From a virus (taxonomy: Duplodnaviria; Caudoviricetes), in the IMG/VR virus record IMGVR_UViG_3300037493_004106, positions 1-52,885 of that record: a stretch of DNA of 52,885 bases; one strand, written 5' to 3'. Positions 47,801 to 52,885 of the stretch are shown here, in pieces (the first letter of the stretch is position 1; each line of letters starts with the position of its first letter). A program made the position numbers and the translations under genes. Below the pieces are notes generated by a model that saw nothing but the letters and a program-made list of their open reading frames with translations, was not told where the DNA came from and made no database searches.

Positions 47801-50800
47801 TCTTAGATTTCTTACCCACACCACATTTACATTTTTTAAGAAAGTGACATCAGAATTAAATTCTCTATTGTCTAATTCTCCTTTATATAAATCAGGGTAT
47901 GAACCATTATCAGTAATATTGGCTGTTTTAGATCCAGATTCAAAAGTTACATAGTCAATACCTTCTTCCATCATTTTGTCATGGAGCTTATTAAGATTGA
48001 TATCCATTAAGCCTGGAATAAGTGGAGCTAATGAAAATTTATGCATTGCTAATGCAGGAAGATGTTGTCCCTTTAACATTCCATAGTGAGAAAACTTTAC
48101 TGGAGACATGAACTTACCTACTTCTTCTACTGATGGTATATAACCTTCAATGATTGCTCTAAATAAATTTTCATGTTCCTTTGTCCACTTTTGTCTAGCT
48201 TTTAAAAGTATTCTATAAGAGTCAAGGGCAATATATCCTTGACCATCTGCTTCTTTCATTTTATAGTAAGGATAAACTTCACCATTCTCTTTAGGATCAT
48301 TAATTGATCCTCCCTTACCATATACTATTTCATCTACTAGTTGATTAAGTTTAGTAGCAGTAAGCTTTGGATTTTTACTTCTAATTCTAGCCTTGTAGAA
48401 CTCTTCCATCTTTTTAGCATAGAACTCATAAGCAGCAGATTTGCTTTTTATCTCTTTTATAATAGAAGTATTTAATGTTCCATTATATTTTCTATATGCT
48501 ACATCTGCAGATACTTTTCCTTCTGCATTTCTTTTTAATGATAATGGTCTTTTGAATACATCATTAATATAATCTTGAAAAGCGGCATCTGTCCTAAAAA
48601 GATTACCCGGAGATTGAGAATTACTTGTTCTCTTATTTCCATCATCCTTTTTATGATTGAATTGCTGTAAGCCACCATGCAATAACATATACATATATGC
48701 ATTGTGTATCCATGAATTTACAGTATATGAATTTACTAAAGCAGTTACCCACTTACTTCTATTTTGAGACAACTCTGTATCTACATCATCTGTATATTTA
48801 GATACAATAGATTCTAATAACTGATCATATATAAAGGGAGCTTTCTCTATTTCTTCTAATGTTTTACTAGAAATAGTTTGAAAATAATTTGCAGTATCTT
48901 CTTTTATGGACTTTGCTAACTCAGGATATTTTGTGTTTAATAATATCTTTAAAGCATTCCTACTAGGATCTGCTAATAAATCTTGATATATCTCTGGAGC
49001 TAAAAGTAATTGTTTTGTAGAAGGTTCTAGGATATCATCAAATGCGTAGAACTTATTTTTACTTTTTTCATATACACTAATGTTATTGTAAATATCTGGA
49101 TTATCATTTACAATATTTATTCTTCGCACTTCAGCTTCAATAAGTCTAAACACTATATCAAGTAACTCTGCATTTTTTAGTACAGGATTTATTTTATCTG
49201 GCTTTACAATTAAAGATGCTGTGTCAATATATAAATGTGGTTCAACTGCATTTCTTCTTATTTTTCTTTCTGTTCTAACACCAAATACAGAGCTTTTAGA
49301 CCCAGCTTTAGGATTTTGTATATAACCAGAATTTAAAACCATATGAAAATCAGTAATAAACTTTGTATGTCTATCTGATTTTGACATTGATGTTCCACTA
49401 ACAAAAAGATTATTCTCTAATAATTGAGTACCATTAATATTTTCAAGTATTAATTTAGTACCCTTTCTTCTTTTTCCAAAGTCAGAGTTAATTAAATCAA
49501 CATCTAAAATAAATACATCATTAAGAATACCTAATGCTTTTATATCTGGATTAATTCTAGGATCTAAGAATTCAAGATATGGTGTTTCACCATTTGGATC
49601 ATATAAATCTTGGAATCTATTTGCCTTATTAATTGCCTCAACTAATATAGATACTGGAAAGTTCAATGAGTGCTCATAGGCTTTATCATTACTAGCAGTA
49701 GATACACTTAAATTAGAATAATTATCAGAGTAGTTATACTGTAACTCAGCTAATTCATTTACTCTAAAGCTTAGTGACTTTAAATTTTTACCACCTAATC
49801 CTTTAACATAAATAGGAATAGGATCATAAACTATTTGATTAGTTTTATTTAGCTCATCTATAAAGCTTGCAAAGTAAGTAGTAATACTTGGATCAATCTT
49901 AGACTTTATTTCAGAATTGATATCTATATAAATACCAATAGCATTAAAAAACTGCAAGGCTCTTTCTAAATCTTTTAAGATTGGCTCACCATTTTTATAT
50001 TCAATAAAATCATTAATTATCTTACTTAAATTTAAATAAGGATTATTTGAAGTATCAAGTAAAACATAACCATTATTATCCGGTGTTTGAGAAAAGAATT
50101 TGTTTCTCCAATCTCTTTTAACTTTTATTCTATCTGAACTTGTTTTACCAATTGCATAAGAATATTGATCTTCTTTCTTCTCATCTTCTAAAAAAGAAAT
50201 GTCATCAAACTCATCTTCTTGTTCTGCCTTTTTAATTTTATTAAGCATTACAATTAAAGGAACTCTAGGCTTATTAAAATCTTGCCAGAAGTCTGTCCAT
50301 AAATCTAATTGTTGTACACCTCCTGTAGCTCTCCAGTTATTAGGATTACTTAATCTATTAGCTAACTGCTGATAAACAGGGATTGCCTTTTGTTTATTTG
50401 GATCACTAATAATATTCCATAAATCACTTGGCTCATTATATCCAGCCAAGTTTCTTACTAACTGATTCCATACAGAATCAAAGTCAGCTAATTCAGGAAC
50501 ACCTAATCTATTCTTTTTAATACCATCTTTTTCTTTTGGATCTAAAGCATAGAGTGTTTTAATTAATCTGATTGTAGATATAGCAGCTAGTTCTTTTATA
50601 GAAAGCTCATTACCCTTAGCATCATTAATTTTATAACTTTTTGCAATGTCTTCTGCATTGGAAGAAGTAAGATCAACATCTTCAATTATCTTAATTCCCT
50701 TAAGTACATCACTATTATTTAGGAAGTAATGTAAATAACCAAGACTTTCTTTACCATTTAATACTTCTTCTGTATTACCATAATTAGCAATTACCCATTC

Positions 50801-52885
50801 AATATTATTAACATCTTGAGCTAATCTTTTTCCATCATTTGAAGCTTTATCTGAAGCAGACATAGCATCATATCTATCTTTTATATCTTTATATAACTCT
50901 TCAAAGTTTCTTCTTACATATTCATAAAGATCTGATTTCATACTTGAGTCAGTAAATACTAATGCAGACATTGCTGACTTACCTTTAGCTACCTGATCAT
51001 TTATGTATTTTGCTACAAAGCTTTCCGCAATTTTTCTAGCAAAATAAGCATCCTCCGCTTTTAATTTATTTGTATTATCTAGTGATACAGGAGCCATCAT
51101 AAGCTCATTAAACATTATATTATCAACAGATGGCTTATAGTTATTTAAGAATTTTTCATAATTCTCTTTACTAGAACCAGCAAAATATAAAGTATCAAAT
51201 ACTTGTTGAATAGGTTGTATATATCCCTGTGATGTTGATTCTTCTATAGGAGTTGTTGTACCAGGAAACCAAGACATTAAAAAATCCCAAATTCTTTTAA
51301 ATATATTTCTTCTTTGAGGGGAAATAGATTTAGGAGATTCTTTTTTAAGACTCATTGCCATAGCATAAGCTCTAAATTCCTCTGCTAAATATTCTTCTAT
51401 TTGTTTGTCAGTAGCAACATCTGAATTTACATATACTGGCTTACCATTAATATCTACACCAATCTGAAGCTTAGTTTTTGATTTTGCAACACTATTATAT
51501 AATGCTCTCTTTTCAGCTCTTGTTAAATAAAGCTGAGAGAATGCATGCCATGATTCATGATAAAGAGCAACATCTTTTATTCCATTTCTTAATCTTATAC
51601 CAGCTTGAGACCATGTAGCCCATGCATTAGAGTTAACTATGTTTGCTAATTGTTCTAATGGTATGTTTACTCTTAATGGAGAACTAGTCCACCAATCTTC
51701 TACAGCAGATAGCTGTTCTTTAGTAGCACCCATATCTATCCACTTTGCTGCGGATAAAGTAGTGTCATCTTCTACATCATCTGATGGATGATCTAAATCA
51801 AGTCTTTGTTGTCCTTTTGATTGTGTTCCTTTTCCTACAAACTCTTTAAATCCATCTATATCTTGTTTATTACCTAGTATGTGTATTTGTTCTGGTTCAA
51901 ATACTACATATTCTTTTTTAAAATTATCAGTATTGTATCCATCTCTACCATTAATTAAATCTAACGCATCTTTTTCAGTAGCTTCAATAATAAAGCCATC
52001 GTTAGTATCTTTATAATTTTCTACTTTTCTGTTAGTATAAGTAGTTACTTTAGGGTTTTGCATATTAATTAATAAAGCAGAAGTAGTCATTAGATCATTA
52101 CTACTTTCTGCCATTTCAGCCATTAGCTCTGCTTGGTCTTTAGTACCAGAATAAAACCCATTTTTCCATCTATCTTTATTTTTAATATTACCTACATTAA
52201 ATCTACTATGATAAACAATATCTTTTACTTGGCTATCAGGAAATACACTATCAAGATATTGAGAATATAGTTGTTGTGCTTGTTGTTTTTGTTGTGGGGT
52301 TATAAATAAATCAGATAAATAGCCTGATGTACTAATAACTTTCTTTTTATTTACTTTTGCTACTGTATTATCTATATCAGATTTCCAATCTTCAAAACCA
52401 TAAGTAGCACCTCTAGCATCAAATCTCTTTTTAAATTCCTCTTTAGGCATTGTAATTACTTTATCAAACTCAGCCATTCTTTCTTTAAGAATATTAGTAT
52501 TTGATACAAATAATATTTTACCTTCTTTTTTAGCCTGTGCTTTTAATCTATCATAAAGATTAAGCATAAACTCATTATATTCTTTAGGTTTTCTACCTTT
52601 ATATTCCTGCCTGGTTTCAGCACCTCTGTTAGCATCTACAAAAGCGTTAACTTCATCAGCATAATCATCATCAAGAGTTATAAACTTATCTTCCCCTTGC
52701 TTCTTTAAAAAGCTTTTACCAATAGTAGGGTGTCCAAATACTATTCTATCATTTGGTGTAATTAGTTGCTCAAACCCTAAAGCTTCATATACAGCATTAG
52801 CTAATTCAGGATTAGATTCAAATAGTTGTGATATTCCTGGTTTTATTTCTTGAATAGGTTTTTTTTCAGCTAAAGGTGTTATTAA
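41807..52885 (-). CDS. Giant virion-packaged DNA-dependent RNA polymerase polyprotein (5' end outside window)
   Basis: RIPVQG...KAGADFDIDKL (DFDID at 46772-46786) as in phi14:2 gp66-type enzymes; DGQGY; HESWH zincin; frame open to 52885 (at least 3692 aa). Confidence 0.92.
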   Translation of the reverse strand, partial: LITPLAEKKPIQEIKPGISQLFESNPELANAVYEALGFEQLITPNDRIVFGHPTIGKSFLKKQGEDKFITLDDDYADEVNAFVDANRGAETRQEYKGRKPKEYNEFMLNLYDRLKAQAKKEGKILFVSNTNILKERMAEFDKVITMPKEEFKKRFDARGATYGFEDWKSDIDNTVAKVNKKKVISTSGYLSDLFITPQQKQQAQQLYSQYLDSVFPDSQVKDIVYHSRFNVGNIKNKDRWKNGFYSGTKDQAELMAEMAESSNDLMTTSALLINMQNPKVTTYTNRKVENYKDTNDGFIIEATEKDALDLINGRDGYNTDNFKKEYVVFEPEQIHILGNKQDIDGFKEFVGKGTQSKGQQRLDLDHPSDDVEDDTTLSAAKWIDMGATKEQLSAVEDWWTSSPLRVNIPLEQLANIVNSNAWATWSQAGIRLRNGIKDVALYHESWHAFSQLYLTRAEKRALYNSVAKSKTKLQIGVDINGKPVYVNSDVATDKQIEEYLAEEFRAYAMAMSLKKESPKSISPQRRNIFKRIWDFLMSWFPGTTTPIEESTSQGYIQPIQQVFDTLYFAGSSKENYEKFLNNYKPSVDNIMFNELMMAPVSLDNTNKLKAEDAYFARKIAESFVAKYINDQVAKGKSAMSALVFTDSSMKSDLYEYVRRNFEELYKDIKDRYDAMSASDKASNDGKRLAQDVNNIEWVIANYGNTEEVLNGKESLGYLHYFLNNSDVLKGIKIIEDVDLTSSNAEDIAKSYKINDAKGNELSIKELAAISTIRLIKTLYALDPKEKDGIKKNRLGVPELADFDSVWNQLVRNLAGYNEPSDLWNIISDPNKQKAIPVYQQLANRLSNPNNWRATGGVQQLDLWTDFWQDFNKPRVPLIVMLNKIKKAEQEDEFDDISFLEDEKKEDQYSYAIGKTSSDRIKVKRDWRNKFFSQTPDNNGYVLLDTSNNPYLNLSKIINDFIEYKNGEPILKDLERALQFFNAIGIYIDINSEIKSKIDPSITTYFASFIDELNKTNQIVYDPIPIYVKGLGGKNLKSLSFRVNELAELQYNYSDNYSNLSVSTASNDKAYEHSLNFPVSILVEAINKANRFQDLYDPNGETPYLEFLDPRINPDIKALGILNDVFILDVDLINSDFGKRRKGTKLILENINGTQLLENNLFVSGTSMSKSDRHTKFITDFHMVLNSGYIQNPKAGSKSSVFGVRTERKIRRNAVEPHLYIDTASLIVKPDKINPVLKNAELLDIVFRLIEAEVRRINIVNDNPDIYNNISVYEKSKNKFYAFDDILEPSTKQLLLAPEIYQDLLADPSRNALKILLNTKYPELAKSIKEDTANYFQTISSKTLEEIEKAPFIYDQLLESIVSKYTDDVDTELSQNRSKWVTALVNSYTVNSWIHNAYMYMLLHGGLQQFNHKKDDGNKRTSNSQSPGNLFRTDAAFQDYINDVFKRPLSLKRNAEGKVSADVAYRKYNGTLNTSIIKEIKSKSAAYEFYAKKMEEFYKARIRSKNPKLTATKLNQLVDEIVYGKGGSINDPKENGEVYPYYKMKEADGQGYIALDSYRILLKARQKWTKEHENLFRAIIEGYIPSVEEVGKFMSPVKFSHYGMLKGQHLPALAMHKFSLAPLIPGLMDINLNKLHDKMMEEGIDYVTFESGSKTANITDNGSYPDLYKGELDNREFNSDVTFLKNVNVVWVRNLRDQVEINTSWKGSSVFSIQFRTLITSGLFLNGIPSDFMPNSEYAERKRKWDVLTEKGKLKYANYKKARAFETIVAQITEQKRKELLIKGGLDPNIDLKLQKNRELLINNVIKPKLKQQNVPDHQLDYFDVDPITGEVKSDISAIPWANKFERVFLSIVNNELVKQKIKGEALVLQSNALFEKPKFRKPTEEEIEKYGFKTTDLATYGQTMRYNPETKKNELINTAMKIKISLQGDFENLFNAKDKEGNSIKAYDTVENENGESERILNFENTLANLNALLKDEEWLDMGDNRKKITLVGVRIPVQGDNSMEFMEVFEFLPPQFGNVLIPPQEIVAKAGADFDIDKLTVYLPNIMKSGEVMNLIYENKEQLDEDITKAEAERDKLASEKYDKTSLSEVKKQVKENIRVSNRSIKSVILLLEIAKAKKTEIIQDISFELINNLESPYITDDMKKIILSGTEKELMELFKGLSKSELLSKISKNKKLFNLKTDSYDNYVEIKALYDSMKISIEQRDSFKQDLNEINEINNKISSLKEIKRRFIGQYENALINSIVDILSSPEKFYSLIRPNNNNIGIKISESLKPYVQENNWQKSILKDGQVLEGGVSPSRLLEPIFNLDKHFNFNTGKGSLGIAVIGNKYHTLFMRYGALMPESLAFPYPVLDENGKVVYDQNKQMVTELIDMPIKYYLNHNSVINENGKKVVSLSSIYDNKGIHPISDIISQIINGAVDLEQNEWLVYLQGYIEVIPVILSMVESGITLEDAGWFVSNPMVREYVKQQRLIKTPYSKQLEKGIDNPMYFRVEAFRRTLNKYGFDPKKYNEKNIYKILDEALGNKSFSTNDLALIVKNKGITDNSLLAFLHFFQIEKFNSGIKQLRLKTNLDKAKDTGLFSALSRDFEINNLLNNERIDQDLADIIINDSILSTFRIQNFQVDLWSPLLPLESNRVISKFIIDNTYDLNRIKSQTGYKDEKIISTFISDLKLALFQNYIKSFNINMPSYKSLLVTTDIPVKIVDRLTGGALVAEKVPGKPVIYIDKSIIENDFKTQAYLRSEGANNYVSRGLAKLNKNIFNNYGEQSAKEFQQFVVEREYLRYNNKLSELKNDPFYEKIRKRMKDANPKGVDQNERDYNSDIDVLAYEEFLKVQALINIGNIQTLYYDENYSLAKQVMDLVNDKDHKTLLENYPVLKFLASEKQIGSNLSNLYFKIRDLEPEIANSYNDNLKDLADPSISKIDNGGKIDQRITYTFKIFPIYSYMQNGMSAGKYDFSEILPYQDIRNIMLDPVSRIQKALEPKVFDISGTKEEKEKKKKEVAKYTASLNSFVVMESTDDTISISDTSFLKAIWDNFAEQNSRENVSQRTRIKNYYFSANFKEIVENYNVSSEFNKDFLVSTSNPRVFKVADRVEKVVVDPKTKARTKQLVPLDGARLVELAKNNPDKIFVYDDIYALRMAQKNKEFKKASDIKIGAKFVNPINKMALSLAGLNNAMGVITMRDQNAATNPQNTEQFAMVSNIISKDIDAINEQYMAGKKLVFVGSIGSMLNVTAKGITGNVPILSVTPTQSSTQPQAPVSTQTAETIYSKLGNKTKSGNVVIKSWGELKDATKAISNFNNQIISTRIKMSDAHFGNPFTSDIRLQNLIQVKSTKEAVERYINWIITGETGEYVFTGIQPEELDNQREWILEQLQSGELKGKPILYYKELGEPSHATALDYLINKYDWGKPAQVPVSTVNNPAEYTNHSGGAIGSDTQWDVIGKDFSMVNNKHYFTGEKGPKNAPLGNVDITDKPIAVEGASKVAQAAKQMWGYKYNTMKDQRLIRNWAQVVNSDAVFAIGTLGKEGDIWKGDEKSAEPRKLLKVAVQGGTGYAVEMAIQAGKPVYLFDQIRNQWYKNINGKWSKSEVPTLTKNFAGIGTREINEAGRQAIRDVYANTFKVTKAPVSTQVVSEGSNSLQKSIFDNISKELYNKFKFVNPGSENTPSIKDILVKYQDVVEDDWLELKRRCYQ
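41996..43138 (-). repeat. Three dispersed linker repeats encoding (A/V)PVST that bound domain cassettes
   Basis: + strand TTGTGTAGATACAGGAGCTT (41996), GTACTTACAGGAACTTGAG (42630), TTGTGTACTTACAGGAGCTTGAG (43094). Confidence 0.8.

Noticed and set aside
1-52885. Stop-codon reassignment (TAG or TGA), known in some Crassvirales
   Set aside because: Genes, including the two giant ORFs, are intact in the standard code, and TAG/TGA end genes at sensible boundaries

Overview
An AT-rich, densely coding fragment of a lytic Bacteroidota phage genome with Crassvirales (crAss-like) architecture, read in the standard genetic code. The + strand (about 1-35.8 kb) starts with small early genes preceded by a repeated hairpin motif, including a beta-clamp-like and a RadC/JAB gene. 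It continues with an HNH-AP2 insertion flanked by a duplicated gene start and an SF2 helicase split by a group I intron (12587-13684) that carries a GIY-YIG homing endonuclease. Next come a glucosaminidase, GroES, ClpS, AlkB and UDG, then the replication block (DnaB, AAA ATPase, primase, RuvC-like, metallopeptidase-vWA/MoxR pair, PD-(D/E)XK nuclease, PolB). After a terminator at about 35.8 kb, the - strand encodes two giant virion proteins. The larger has the DFDID catalytic motif of crAss-like virion RNA polymerases, is open to the window edge, and carries accessory domains (P-loop, ART-like, zincin, DUF4326-like, SLOG-like); the two C-terminal ones are bounded by DNA-level APVST linker repeats. 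Family names come from motif recognition by eye, not database searches.
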